Assembly: GCA_038214375.1 (NCBI GenBank)
Contig: JBBQRX010000006.1
Location: 39,979-103,978, forward strand
Origin: Candidatus Limnocylindrales bacterium
GTDB lineage: Bacteria > Chloroflexota > Limnocylindria > Limnocylindrales > CSP1-4
Length of the DNA: 64,000 nucleotides
Reading direction: 5' to 3'
Made by a program: the position numbers and the translations under genes. The notes below the pieces were generated by a model. The model did not search any database and was not told the DNA's origin. It saw nothing but the letters and a program-made list of their open reading frames with translations. Positions 31,219 through 40,868 of the stretch are shown one piece after another; positions within the stretch are counted from its first letter, which is position 1; every line of letters starts with the position of its first letter.

Positions 31219-31399
31219 GGGCGACGCCGCCCGCGCTGACCGTTGCCGCGACCCTCATATGCAACGGGGAGATCGTCCACACGACGCTAGGCGTCGGAGG
31301 CGGCCCTCATCGCGACCGGCGAGACGGCCCCGCCCTGCCGTCTTCCTGAGAGCGAAGGATCGGGGACGAGCGCCGTGCCTCGCGTGCATGCACCCGCCG

Positions 31400-32760
31400 C
31401 GAACGCAGGCATTCGACGCTCTCTCTATGAAGAAGGGCCGGCTGTCAAGCCGATTGGTGGATGGGTGACGGTTCCCCGTCCGGTTCGAGCTGTGCTCATC
31501 TCTCTATCGCCTCCTGCGGGGAGGACCAGGTTGGATCGGATGCTCCGGCGGCCCATCTCAGACGAGGGTCGTCAAGCGACCAGAGGGCGCGCGGGGGGCC
31601 TGCCGGGAGCGAACGGTTCGTTCTTCGTCAGCATGTGCCAGATCGCGGTGCTGATCTCGCGGGCGAGCTCGACCCGGGCGACCTTCGCTCCGCGCTGACG
31701 GCCGAGGCGCTGCTTGGTGCGCTCGTACCGCTCGCGGTAGGCGGGATGGCGGGCGGCGTGGGTGGCGGCCTCGATGAGCGCCCAGCGCAGGTACTTCGGG
31801 CCGTTCTTGGCGAGCGGACCGCGATCGTCCCGACGGCCCGACTGGCGGACGATCGGGCACAGCCCGGTGTACCCGGCGAGCTTCTTGGGACTGCTGAACC
31901 TCCCGATGTCGCCGACCTCGGCGGCGATCGTGTAGCCGAGCACCCAGGCGATCCCGGGCACGGTCATGAGGTGCGGGACGTACCGGTGGTCGGCACCGGC
32001 TGCCCGGAGCTCGCGTTCACAGGTCGCGATCTGGGCGTCGAGCTCGTCGACGAAGTGCAGGCTCCGCTCGAGCGTGGCCACCCAGGGCTCGGGAACGGCC
32101 AGGCTCGCGAGCAGCTCGCGTCCCTTCGTCCCGAAGAGGTCGGATACCGGGACCGGGTGGCCGAACGCGATGAGGGTGGCGTGGATCCGGTTCTTGAGCG
32201 CCGTCCGGTGGCGCACGAGGTGGAGCCGGAAGCGCGCCCGCTCGCGCTCGGCCCGCACCGACGGATCGGGCAGCCAGATGGCGGGCACGAGGTCGCGCCG
32301 CCCGAGCTCGGCGAGGACCCAGGCGTCGATCTTGTCGGTCTTGGCGGCCAGGGGTGCGAGGCCCTTGACCTTCACCGCGTCGGCGATCTCGACATCCCAG
32401 CCGTAGAGCTCGAGCTGGTCGTGGACGAAGCGGGCCCCGTTCATCGACTCGATCGTCGCGGTCACCTCCTGGCCATGCCTCGAGATCCGGGCGACGAGCT
32501 CGCGGAGCCCGAAGACCTCGGGCGTTGCCGCGGTCACCTCGACCGTCCGGCCTTCCTCGTCGAGGACGTGCACATCAAGCCTCTGGCGCGACAGGTCCAA
32601 TCCGGCGTACAACATGCGTGGGCCTCCAAGGTGCTGGTTGCGATGACAACCCAACGTTGCCACCGCGGAGGCCCTTCTTCATGACATTCAGTCCCGTCGG
32701 GGTTCACGGTGGGGAACGGTCGAGACCACCCCGCCGTCCTGCGTGTATGGCCTCAGCTCA
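31400..32760 (-). mobile_element. IS110-family insertion sequence (ends not determinable by eye)
   Basis: Contains the transposase gene above. IS110 elements typically lack inverted repeats, so the boundaries are only a rough guess. Confidence 0.3.
31572..32615 (-). CDS. IS110-family transposase
   Basis: MLYAGLDLSRQRLDVHVLDEEG N-terminal DEDD-type domain and C-terminal block GIAWVLGYTIAAEVGDIGRF...AGYTGLCP. Confidence 0.9.
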   Translation of the reverse strand: MLYAGLDLSRQRLDVHVLDEEGRTVEVTAATPEVFGLRELVARISRHGQEVTATIESMNGARFVHDQLELYGWDVEIADAVKVKGLAPLAAKTDKIDAWVLAELGRRDLVPAIWLPDPSVRAERERARFRLHLVRHRTALKNRIHATLIAFGHPVPVSDLFGTKGRELLASLAVPEPWVATLERSLHFVDELDAQIATCERELRAAGADHRYVPHLMTVPGIAWVLGYTIAAEVGDIGRFSSPKKLAGYTGLCPIVRQSGRRDDRGPLAKNGPKYLRWALIEAATHAARHPAYRERYERTKQRLGRQRGAKVARVELAREISTAIWHMLTKNEPFAPGRPPARPLVA

Positions 32761-32787
32761 CCCCGTTCCCGGCGACACTCCCTCGGC

Positions 32788-33256
32788 CTACGCGGAAGGG
32801 CCCGCTGGCACCGCGCCGAGCTGCCGCATCATCGCCAGTGCGTCGGTGACACCCCAGTGCTCGTGGGCGAGGCCATCATCGCCGGATCGGATGATGTCGA
32901 CGAGCTGGACGCTGACGCGCTTGCCGGTCGGCGGCATGCCCATGAACGCACCCTGATGAGCCCCCGTGAGCCGCGCCCCACGACAACCTTGTCACTCGAC
33001 GTCAGGACCTCTTCGGCGCCAAGGCGCAGGTCGATGATATCGCCGCCGCGACCGGGCTCTCGATCAGCGGGGTGCTCTCGGTGAGCGCGTCGGTGTCACC
33101 GAACAACGGGGTCATGCTGGTGGTGGCGAACGGTTCGGGCACCGCCGTATGCCCGGCGGTCGTGCCCCAGACCAAGGGAACCGTGATCCCGCAACCCGCC
33201 TGTCTGCCGATCTACCAGCCGTCGCCGAGCGTCTCGGTCACCGTCTCGTATCGCAT
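32788..33256 (-). pseudogene. SnoaL-like ester cyclase, multiply frameshifted
   Basis: Manual minus-strand translation gives ...TGAHQGAFMGMPPTGKRVSVQLVDIIRSGDDGLAHEHWGVTDALAMMRQLG* (stop at 32788-32790). Upstream pieces (SDKVVVG, GDTDALTE, MRYETVTETLGDGW*) lie in other frames with in-frame stops. Confidence 0.45.
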
Positions 33257-33431
33257 GGCCTGATCTCGCGTCCGGGCCGACCTGAGAGGGACCCCCTAAC
33301 GACGGCCCGGGGGTTACGTTAGTACTGGTGGCGGGAGGCGTCGACACGCGGTCCAGACTCTGGTCGCCCGGGACCGTGCCGAGCCAATGGCGAGACCGAC
33401 CCGCATCGATCGGACTCCACTGGAGGCAACA

Positions 33432-34214
33432 ATGTCGGTCAAGCGGCTGGGCGCGCTCGTCATGGCCTTAGGTCTGCTGGGGGCTATTCCGGCCACGGCC
33501 ATCGCCTCAGGAAGCTCCTACTGGAACGTCGCTGGTACCTACGGCGTCAACGTTACGTACCTCGCCACCGCTTATCCGGAGACACTGGTCCTGACGCAGT
33601 CCGGAACGGGGACCATCACCGGGGCGTCGATCGGTGCGCCGTGCTCGCCGGCCTGCACGAACTTCACCATCACGAGCGGCTCAGTGGTCGGCGACACGAT
33701 CACAATCGTGGCAACCAGTCCATTCACCCTCACCTTGACGGGCGTGATCGCCGCTGACGGGACCATGGCCGGTTCCTGGGCAGACGGCGCTGGTGGCCTG
33801 GGCCGGACGGGAACCTGGGCGACGACTTCCGGGGCCGCAACCTTCCTCGACGCCAGCACGCACGCGAAGACCGACCTCGTCCCGTACCCGAGCGGTATGG
33901 CCGTGGGCGCCGTCATCTTCAACAGCTCTGCGGGCGACCCGAACAACCTCGAGTTGACCGTGCAGCTCAAGAAGGTGTCGCCCAACACGACCTACGACGT
34001 CTACCTCTTCCTTGATGGGAATGGGAACGGGACCGGCACGGTCGTCGGGACCATCACAACGAATGCCGCCGGAAACGGCACTTTGCACGTCAATACCTAT
34101 GTCACCCCGGGCATCCACACGGTCGCGGTCGACGTCACGCTCCACGGAAGTGGCAGCGACGTGTATGTCTCCCCCGGCCTCTACGGGCAGGATCTCTTCC
34201 TCTACTTCCGATAG
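33432..34214 (+). CDS. secreted hypothetical beta-rich protein
   Basis: Signal peptide MSVKRLGALVMALGLLGAIPATAIA, then a Thr/Gly/Val-rich sequence. No family recognised. Confidence 0.6.
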   Translation: MSVKRLGALVMALGLLGAIPATAIASGSSYWNVAGTYGVNVTYLATAYPETLVLTQSGTGTITGASIGAPCSPACTNFTITSGSVVGDTITIVATSPFTLTLTGVIAADGTMAGSWADGAGGLGRTGTWATTSGAATFLDASTHAKTDLVPYPSGMAVGAVIFNSSAGDPNNLELTVQLKKVSPNTTYDVYLFLDGNGNGTGTVVGTITTNAAGNGTLHVNTYVTPGIHTVAVDVTLHGSGSDVYVSPGLYGQDLFLYFR

Positions 34215-34236
34215 AGGCCATCCGCGCCATTACCGA

Positions 34237-34266
34237 GAAGACCCCGGGCCGTGGCTCGGGGTCTTC
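34237..34266 (+). terminator. stem-loop downstream of the secreted-protein gene
   Basis: GAAGACCCCG (34237-34246) pairs perfectly with CGGGGTCTTC (34257-34266). There is no strong T-tract. Confidence 0.5.
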
Positions 34267-34422
34267 CGTTGCTGATCGCCCTGGCATGGCCCGCCCCACG
34301 CCGCAGGCAGCCCGAGGACGACCTCTCGATAAGAGTGCCGCGACGAGACCTGATATGACCGGCGGCGGCGCTCGGGCTGATATAGCTTGGTGTCGGGACG
34401 ACGAGAGTAGGGGAGGGTTGCC

Positions 34423-34494
34423 TCAGCCGACCTCGACGCCTCCTCAGCAACCGGACACCAGCGGGGAGTTGCCGGCCTCGGCCCCGCGGCCGCG
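34423..34494 (+). repeat. left copy of a ~75-bp direct repeat bracketing the multicopper oxidase pseudogene
   Basis: tcagccgacctcgacgcct...ggggagttgccggcctcggccccgcggccgcg is roughly 80 percent identical by eye, with small indels, to 36453-36532. Confidence 0.55.
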
Positions 34495-34688
34495 CGCATC
34501 GGTGCCTGGACCGCGACGGAGAGCGCCCGACTCGTCTGAGCCAGGGACATTCATCCTGAACTTCCACCATGGTGCTGCTGCGCACCAAGAGGGCCTCTGG
34601 TGCATTTGAGGGTCGATTCGGGACGTACAATGCCGAGTCCAACGGCTCGGCCGCGTAGACGGCGCCACAGGATGATCGGAGGGCAGCG

Positions 34689-36385
34689 ATGAAGCCAATC
34701 ACGCGTCGACGCTTCCTCCAGTACGGAGTGGGAATCGGCACCGCACTCGCGGTGCCGGCGTGGGTGGGAACGCCGCTGGCGAGCGGGGCGAAGGGCGGCA
34801 AGCTGGCGAAGTACCTCGAACCGCTGCCGCTCCCCGGGGCCGGGATCGTCGTGGCTGCCCAAAGCGGCCCGAACCAGTATGCCTTCAGCCAGACCCAGAT
34901 CACCCGCCGCCTGCACCCGGACCTGCCGGCGACCCCGATCTGGGCGTACGACGACGGCTCCGGGCTCGCGGGTCAGGCTGGGTCGTTCGGGATGGCGATC
35001 GTTGCCCAAAGCGGCACCCCGCTCGAGGTGAGCTACACCCATGACCTGCCGGAGACCTACCCAGCCTGGATCCCGGTCGATACGCGGCTGACGCCGCTCG
35101 GCACCCAGGTGCGCCTCATGACCCACCTGCACGGGGGCTTCGTGGCGGCCGCCAGCGATGGCAATCCGACAGTGACGCCAAACGGCTTCGGCCGGGGCGA
35201 CACCCAGCGCGTCTTCTATCCCAACCAGTCGCCGCAGATGCCTGCGTCCATGCTCTGGTTCCACGACCATGGCCTGGGGACGACGCGCCTGAACGTGTTC
35301 GCCGGGTTGGCTGGCGCCTACATCCTGCGCGACCAGTACGACACCGGCACGGAACCCAACCCGGCGGGCATCCCCGGCGGTGCCTACGAGATCCCGCTCG
35401 TGATCCAGGACCGCCAGTTCAACCCCGACGGCACGTTCCGCTACCCAACCAGCGACATCGCCGGGGTCACTTGGGTCGGGGAGTACTTCGGCGACGTCAT
35501 GCTGGTCAACGGCAAGGTCTGGCCGTACCTCGAGGTCGAACCGCGGATGTACCGCCTTCGGATCCTCAACGGCTGCAACGCGCGGATCCTGAGCCTCGAC
35601 ATCGGCGGAGTTGACTTCTGGCAGATCGGCGCGGAGGGCGGCCTGTTCGACATCCCGGTGCCGGTCAAGGAGCTGGTGCTGGCGCCGGCCGAACGGGCCG
35701 ATGTGCTCGTCGATTTTCGCAAGTTTGCCGGCGCGAGGTTGGTGCTCAAGAACCACCGGCCGTCACGACCGGTCGTGACCCCGGCACCGTCGCTCGAGCA
35801 GGTGATGCAGATCCGGGTCGGAACGACGATCTCCCACCCTGGTCCGAGCTCGGTGCCCTCGAGCCTGCCTGGACGCGCTGCCGACCTGCACAATCCGGTC
35901 GCGACACGCTACATCACGCTCAACGAGATCGATGTCGACGAGTCGACGTGGTTCTTGAACCTCAACGGCCTGCACTTCGACGATGGGCCGATCACGGAAA
36001 CTCCAAGGCTCGGCACGGTCGAGGACTGGGTCTACGTCAACCTCACTGCGGACACGCACCCCATGCACTCCACCTCGTCACCTTCCAGGTGGTCGGTCGC
36101 ACCCCATTCGATGTGCAGGCCTATGAGGAGGCCACCGAGGGCCCGCATGGCGTCCCCGGCGGAATCGACCCGACCCACTTCGCGACGGGTCCGATGCTGC
36201 CGCCCGCTCCCGAAGAGCGCGGCTTCAAGGACACCGTCAAGGCGAACCCAGGCTATTTCACCACCATCCGGGCGAAGTTCGAGTTGCCGACTGGCGTAAC
36301 GGCGCCGCAGACCTATGTGCACCACTGCCACATCGTCGAGCACGAGGACAACGACATGATGCGGCCCTTCACCGTCACGGTCTGA
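34689..36385 (+). pseudogene. Tat-secreted multicopper oxidase (CotA/bilirubin-oxidase-like) with a 1-nt deletion frameshift
   Basis: Twin-arginine leader MKPITRRRFLQYG. Copper motifs HLHGG and WFHDHG. At 36063-36079 the DNA reads atgcactccacctcgtc where atgcacCtccacctcgtc (HPMHLHLV) is expected. The C-terminal part (LHLVTFQ...HCHIVEHEDNDMM) continues in ORF 35948..36385. Confidence 0.8.
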
Positions 36386-36452
36386 TCCCTGCTCCCGCGG
36401 TCCGGGCGACCTCTGCGCTCCCGGGACGGAGGATCGTGGGCCGCCGACAACG

Positions 36453-36532
36453 TCAGCCGACCTGGAGGCCTGCCGAAGAGAATCGGACCCAACACCATCG
36501 GGGAGCTGCCGGCCCTCGGCCCCGCGGCCGCG
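36453..36532 (+). repeat. right copy of the direct repeat bracketing the multicopper oxidase pseudogene
   Basis: tcagccgacctggaggcct...ggggagctgccggccctcggccccgcggccgcg; see 34423-34494. Confidence 0.55.
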
Positions 36533-36580
36533 GTGTGAGGACACCTCCTCGACGCCGATGGACGCTCCCGGCGTGTCGTG

Positions 36581-37216
36581 TCAGCTGGACTGGTCGTCCC
36601 GTCGGGTCATCACGAAGGCGGCAGTCAGTTGCTCCGGACGGGGCTCCGGGAGCCGCTCGATCTCGAAGGCGTCGCCAAAGAGCTCTACCTCCTCTCCGTG
36701 CTCGAGCACCGGGACCAGCCTGGACGGACCAGTGAGGCTGATTCGCGGCAGGTCGGAGCGAGCCGCATAGAAGGCGTACAGCACGAGGATCGAGCCCGGG
36801 CGGGCGAGCCGGATGATCGTCGACGCCATTGCCCGCCGGTCCATGGGCGCGAGATCGTCGAGCGTGCCGTAGTCGACGAGCAGGTCAAACGGGCCTTCGA
36901 CGCCTGGCAGGCTCCGGGCGGTCAGGTCGCCCTGGACGAAGCGGAGCCGTTCGGACAGGCCGGCGGCAACCGACGCCCTTCGCGCCTTCTTGAGGGCCAC
37001 CGGGGAGAAGTCGACGCCAACGACTTCGAAGCCGCTTTGAGCGAGGAAGATGGCGTTCGCTCCGGCTCCACAGCCGAGATCGATCGCCCGCCCGGGGGCG
37101 AGTCGCTCCGGCGTCAACCGGCCGGACCGGACGAGCTCGACGAGCTCCGAGCGAGCGCCGATCTCCCACGGCGCCCGCCAGCGGTACATGAGGTCGTAGA
37201 ACCAGACCGGCGGCAT
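36581..37216 (-). CDS. class I SAM-dependent methyltransferase
   Basis: Motif I AIDLGCGAGANAIFLA and motif II-like VVGVDFSP. 211 aa. Confidence 0.85.
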   Translation of the reverse strand: MPPVWFYDLMYRWRAPWEIGARSELVELVRSGRLTPERLAPGRAIDLGCGAGANAIFLAQSGFEVVGVDFSPVALKKARRASVAAGLSERLRFVQGDLTARSLPGVEGPFDLLVDYGTLDDLAPMDRRAMASTIIRLARPGSILVLYAFYAARSDLPRISLTGPSRLVPVLEHGEEVELFGDAFEIERLPEPRPEQLTAAFVMTRRDDQSS

Positions 37217-37300
37217 CAGGCATGACGTCCGTCGGTCGTCGTCCAGCGAGCAGTCCCTTGCCGCACACTGTCCCTGATGCTCCGTCCGTCACCCGCGCCC
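37106..37300. repeat. 195-bp segment (methyltransferase 5' end plus upstream region) duplicated at 42381-42575
   Basis: Hand alignment gives 174/195 identical positions with no indels. The ATG is at the same offset (110) in both copies. Confidence 0.75.
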
Positions 37301-37356
37301 AGGCCCGCGCAGGCCGTCAGAGTGTGGTGAGCTGGCTCCCGTTTCACCGTGCGCTC

Positions 37357-37662
37357 ATGCCCGGCATCCAGGGCCGCCGTTACGAGCTGTTCCACCTTGC
37401 AGCTCTCCTGTTCCGCACGCACGGCTATCGCGGTGCCACGATCAAGGCGTTGGCCCACGCCTGCCACATGAGCCCGGCGGCGATCTACCACTATCTTCCC
37501 TCCAAGGCCGCGTTCGCAACCGTCATCGTCGCCGGCCCGACGACCGGGCTCGCTGCTGATCCGACCTCGGTCCGTGCCACAACCATCGATCTGCTCCGGC
37601 TCCATCTCGTCCGGGTTGGCGTCGACGCCGCCCACTTCGACGAGGCGATGACCCGAGGGTGA
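37357..37662 (+). CDS. TetR/AcrR-family regulator, short (about 101 aa; probably truncated)
   Basis: HTH block FHLAALLFRTHGYRGATIKALAHACHMSPAAIYHYLPSKAAF. It lacks a normal-length ligand-binding domain and is divergent from the methyltransferase gene. Confidence 0.55.
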   Translation: MPGIQGRRYELFHLAALLFRTHGYRGATIKALAHACHMSPAAIYHYLPSKAAFATVIVAGPTTGLAADPTSVRATTIDLLRLHLVRVGVDAAHFDEAMTRG

Positions 37663-37847
37663 GGCCGGCGAGCGGCGGCCGCAACGGGCCTGGGCCGCAT
37701 GGCCACCCGAATCGAATGAATCGCCCGTCGGATTCGAGAGCGCGACGACGACGGTCTCCGCCAGATCGAACCCGGCCCGCACCGACGCTCTGACTCCCGT
37801 TCCCTCGACGACCGTGCGGTTCGTCACGAGCCTGATCTTTCTCTTGG

Positions 37848-37874
37848 CGGCGGTTCGAGTCCGTCCGGGGGCGC
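37848..37874 (+). repeat. attR-like copy of the 27-bp tRNA-Arg 3' repeat
   Basis: Exact copy of 26830-26856. The sequence upstream of it does not form the rest of a tRNA. Confidence 0.75.
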
Positions 37875-37952
37875 CATACCCACGCAGCTTCCTGAAGAAC
37901 GGGCGTCGCCGCGGGACCGGCGGGAAGCGGCGTCGGCGGTAGCATTCGCCAC

Positions 37953-40787
37953 GTGGACGAAACCGTCGCCATCGTTCCCACGGATCCGTCGCTTGTCGAC
38001 GCCGCGGCCGTCGCGGCCGGGCTCGGCGTCGAGCCGATGAGAGGGTTGTCGGCCGTCGAGGCGGCGGCCCGGCTGGCGCAGGACGGGCCGAACGAGCTGC
38101 GCGCGAAGCCGCCCGTCCCGATATGGCGCAAGATCCTGGCCCAGTTCCAGGACCCCCTCGTCTATCTGCTCCTCGTGGCGATCGTGATCTCGCTGGTCGC
38201 CTGGATCGTCGAAGGCGCCCACGGCGCACCCGTCGACGTGATCGTGATCGCGGCCATCGTGATCGCCAACGCCGCGCTGGGGTTCATCCAGGAGAACCAG
38301 GCCGAGGACGCGGTCGCGGCGCTCGCGGTTATGACCGCGGCCAACTCGACGGTGCTGCGCGACGCTGTCCTTGCGACGGTGCCGTCATCCGGGCTGGTGC
38401 GGGGCGACATCCTCGTCCTCTCCGAGGGGGACTCGATCGGGGCGGATGCCCGCCTGGTGACGGCGACCGGCCTCAAGGTTCAGGAGTCGTCGCTGACCGG
38501 CGAGTCCGATGCCACCCTGAAGGATCCGGCCACGCTCGAGGCGCAGGCGCCCATCGGCGATCGCTTCGACATGGTGTTCAAGGGCACGGCCGTCGTCCAG
38601 GGGGTCGGCCGGGCCGTGGTGACCGGGACCGGCATGCGGACCGAGATGGGCGCCATCGCGCACATGCTCGACGAGACCGAGGCCGTCGATTCGCCGCTGC
38701 AGAAGGAGATCGCCTCGGTCTCGCGGGCCCTCGGCTTCATCGTGATCGGGATCGCCGTCGTGGTCATGGTCGCCATCGCCGTGCTCAACGGCGTGGACTC
38801 GCCGGCCGACTTCGTGGCAATCCTGCTCCTGGGCGTGTCGCTGGCCGTGGCGGCCGTGCCCGAAGGCCTGCCCGCGATCCTGTCCCTGGTGCTGGCCATC
38901 GGCGTCCGGAGGCTGGCCCAGCGCAACGCCGTCATGAAGAGTCTGCACTCGGTCGAGACGCTGGGCTCCGCGTCGGTGATCTGCTCCGACAAGACGGGCA
39001 CGCTCACCCGGAACGAGATGACCCTGCGCACCGTGTTGACCGCCTCCGGCGAGGTCGAGCTCACGGGGACCGGCTATCGGCCGGAGGGCGAGGCCTTCCT
39101 GAGTGGCGGCGCGGAGGACGCCATCCTGTTCGAGGCGCGGCGCGTCCTCGTCGGCGGGGTCCTGGCGAACAACGCCCAGCTCGCCGAGATCGACGGCAAA
39201 TGGCGGATCCAGGGCGATCCCACCGAAGCCGCCTTCCTGGTCGCCCAGCACAAGCTCGAGGGCACCGTCAATCGCGTCGCCCGGTACGAGCGACAGGCCG
39301 AAATTCCGTTCACGTCCGAGCGGAGGATGATGTCCGTCCTCGCGGAGGACTCGCGCGGGGAGACGACCCGGCTGTTCACCAAGGGCGCCCCCGACATCCT
39401 GCTCGCTCGCTGCAAGGCGACCCAGGTGGGAACGGAGGTCGTCGCGATGGACGAGGCCCTGCGAGTCGCTGCGCTGGCCGACGTCGAGCGCCTCTCGGAG
39501 CGGGGCTACCGGACGCTCGGCGTCGCGTTCCGCTCGATCGACGTCAACGACCGCGAGATGACCGGGGATCTGGACGAGTCCGCCGAGCGCGACCTTGTCT
39601 ACCTCGGTCTCGTCGGCATCATCGACCCGCCGCGCGCTGAGGCGGCCGTGGCGGTCAGCGAGGCGCATCACGCCGGCATCCGCACCATCATGATCACCGG
39701 CGACCATCCCGTGACGGCCCGCCGGATCGCGTCGGACCTCGGCATCGTCGGCCCGGACGCCCGGGCCGTCACCGGCGCTGAGCTCGACCGGCTCAGCGAC
39801 GAGGAATTCCGAGCCACCGCCCGCGAGGTGTCGGTCTTCGCCCGCGTCGCCCCCGCGCACAAGCTGCGCATCGTCGATGCCCTGCAGGACGACCACCACG
39901 TCGTGGCCATGACCGGCGACGGCGTCAACGACGCCCCGGCGCTCAAGAAGGCCGACATCGGCGTGGCCATGGGCATCACCGGCACCGAGGTCACCAAGGA
40001 AGCCGCAACCATGATCCTGGCCGACGACAACTACGCCACGATCGTGGTCGCCGTCCACCAGGGCCGGGTGATCTTCGACAACATCAAGAAGTTCCTGCGG
40101 TACCTGCTGTCGTCCAACATGGGCGAGGTCGCCACAGTCTTCTTCGGCGTCGTGTTCGCCGGATTCCTCGGCCTGTCCGCCGCCAGCGAGGGCGGCGAGC
40201 TGGTCGTACCGCTCCTGGCGACCCAGATCCTGTGGATCAACCTCGTGACCGACTCAGGCCCGGCGCTGGCGATGGGCGTCGACCCGGAGATCGACGACGT
40301 CATGGCCCGGCCGCCGCGCCGCCCCGAGGACCGGATCCTGGATCGCGCGATGTGGATCCGGATCATGTTCATCGGCCTCGTGATGGGCGCGGTGACGCTG
40401 TTGACGATCGACATGTTCCTGCCCGGCGGCGCCATCGCGGGCTCGGACTCGCTCGTGGTCGCCCGCACGGCCGGTTTCACGACCCTGGTCTTCGCGCAGC
40501 TGTTCAACGCGCTGAACTCGCGCTCCGAGAACACCAGCGCGTTCCGCGGCCTGTTCAGCAACAGGTGGCTGTGGGGCGCCCTGGGGCTGGGGGCCGTCCT
40601 GCAGGTGCTCGTCGTCGAAGTTCCGCTCCTGCAGGAGGCCTTCGGCACCGCCTCGCTCGATCCCTTCCACTGGGCGGCGGTGATCGGGATGGCCTCGATC
40701 GTCCTGTGGGCGGAGGAGCTTGCCAAGTGGGGTCGTCGCCGCCTTGCCCCCGCGGCGACGCGCCCGGAAGCCGCTGCGATCGGGTAG
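37953..40787 (+). CDS. cation-transporting P-type ATPase (type II, Ca2+-ATPase-like)
   Basis: TGES, CSDKTGTLT, MITGDH and TGDGVNDAPALKKADIGVAMG motifs, ~10 TM helices, 944 aa. Confidence 0.9.
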   Translation: MDETVAIVPTDPSLVDAAAVAAGLGVEPMRGLSAVEAAARLAQDGPNELRAKPPVPIWRKILAQFQDPLVYLLLVAIVISLVAWIVEGAHGAPVDVIVIAAIVIANAALGFIQENQAEDAVAALAVMTAANSTVLRDAVLATVPSSGLVRGDILVLSEGDSIGADARLVTATGLKVQESSLTGESDATLKDPATLEAQAPIGDRFDMVFKGTAVVQGVGRAVVTGTGMRTEMGAIAHMLDETEAVDSPLQKEIASVSRALGFIVIGIAVVVMVAIAVLNGVDSPADFVAILLLGVSLAVAAVPEGLPAILSLVLAIGVRRLAQRNAVMKSLHSVETLGSASVICSDKTGTLTRNEMTLRTVLTASGEVELTGTGYRPEGEAFLSGGAEDAILFEARRVLVGGVLANNAQLAEIDGKWRIQGDPTEAAFLVAQHKLEGTVNRVARYERQAEIPFTSERRMMSVLAEDSRGETTRLFTKGAPDILLARCKATQVGTEVVAMDEALRVAALADVERLSERGYRTLGVAFRSIDVNDREMTGDLDESAERDLVYLGLVGIIDPPRAEAAVAVSEAHHAGIRTIMITGDHPVTARRIASDLGIVGPDARAVTGAELDRLSDEEFRATAREVSVFARVAPAHKLRIVDALQDDHHVVAMTGDGVNDAPALKKADIGVAMGITGTEVTKEAATMILADDNYATIVVAVHQGRVIFDNIKKFLRYLLSSNMGEVATVFFGVVFAGFLGLSAASEGGELVVPLLATQILWINLVTDSGPALAMGVDPEIDDVMARPPRRPEDRILDRAMWIRIMFIGLVMGAVTLLTIDMFLPGGAIAGSDSLVVARTAGFTTLVFAQLFNALNSRSENTSAFRGLFSNRWLWGALGLGAVLQVLVVEVPLLQEAFGTASLDPFHWAAVIGMASIVLWAEELAKWGRRRLAPAATRPEAAAIG

Positions 40788-40821
40788 GGTGCCCGCGCGC
40801 CGAACAGGCGCGTGGGCACCC
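40787..40821. terminator. 15-bp stem hairpin after the ATPase gene (between convergent genes)
   Basis: GGGTGCCCGCGCGCC (40787-40801), loop GAACA, GGCGCGTGGGCACCC (40807-40821), with one G-T pair. Confidence 0.55.
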
Positions 40822-40868
40822 GACTTCGAGATACCAGAGCAGAAGGGTCGGGGACGAGCGCGACCGGG

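Larger units (their letters stand above)
26857..37874. mobile_element. ~11-kb integrated genomic island at tRNA-Arg (degenerate)
   Basis: Bounded by the exact 27-bp repeat of the tRNA 3' end. Contains recombinase relics, an IS110 transposase and several pseudogenes. Confidence 0.65.

Noticed and set aside
31354-31373. 20-nt near-identical match (gaaggAtcggggacgagcgc) with 40842-40861 (gaaggGtcggggacgagcgc)
   Set aside because: This is a single short GC-rich match with no extended flanking similarity. It is plausibly chance in 64 kb of ~70 percent GC DNA, and I could not link it to IS110 ends.
36063-36079. Programmed frameshift in the multicopper oxidase
   Set aside because: There is no slippery heptamer or downstream structure. 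The break falls inside a Cu-ligand motif and is explained by loss of one C, so a pseudogene or sequencing error is more parsimonious.
37848-37874. Possible second tRNA-Arg gene
   Set aside because: Only the T-arm and acceptor 3' half is present. The upstream sequence (…gatctttctcttgg) cannot form D or anticodon arms, so this is an att repeat and not a gene.
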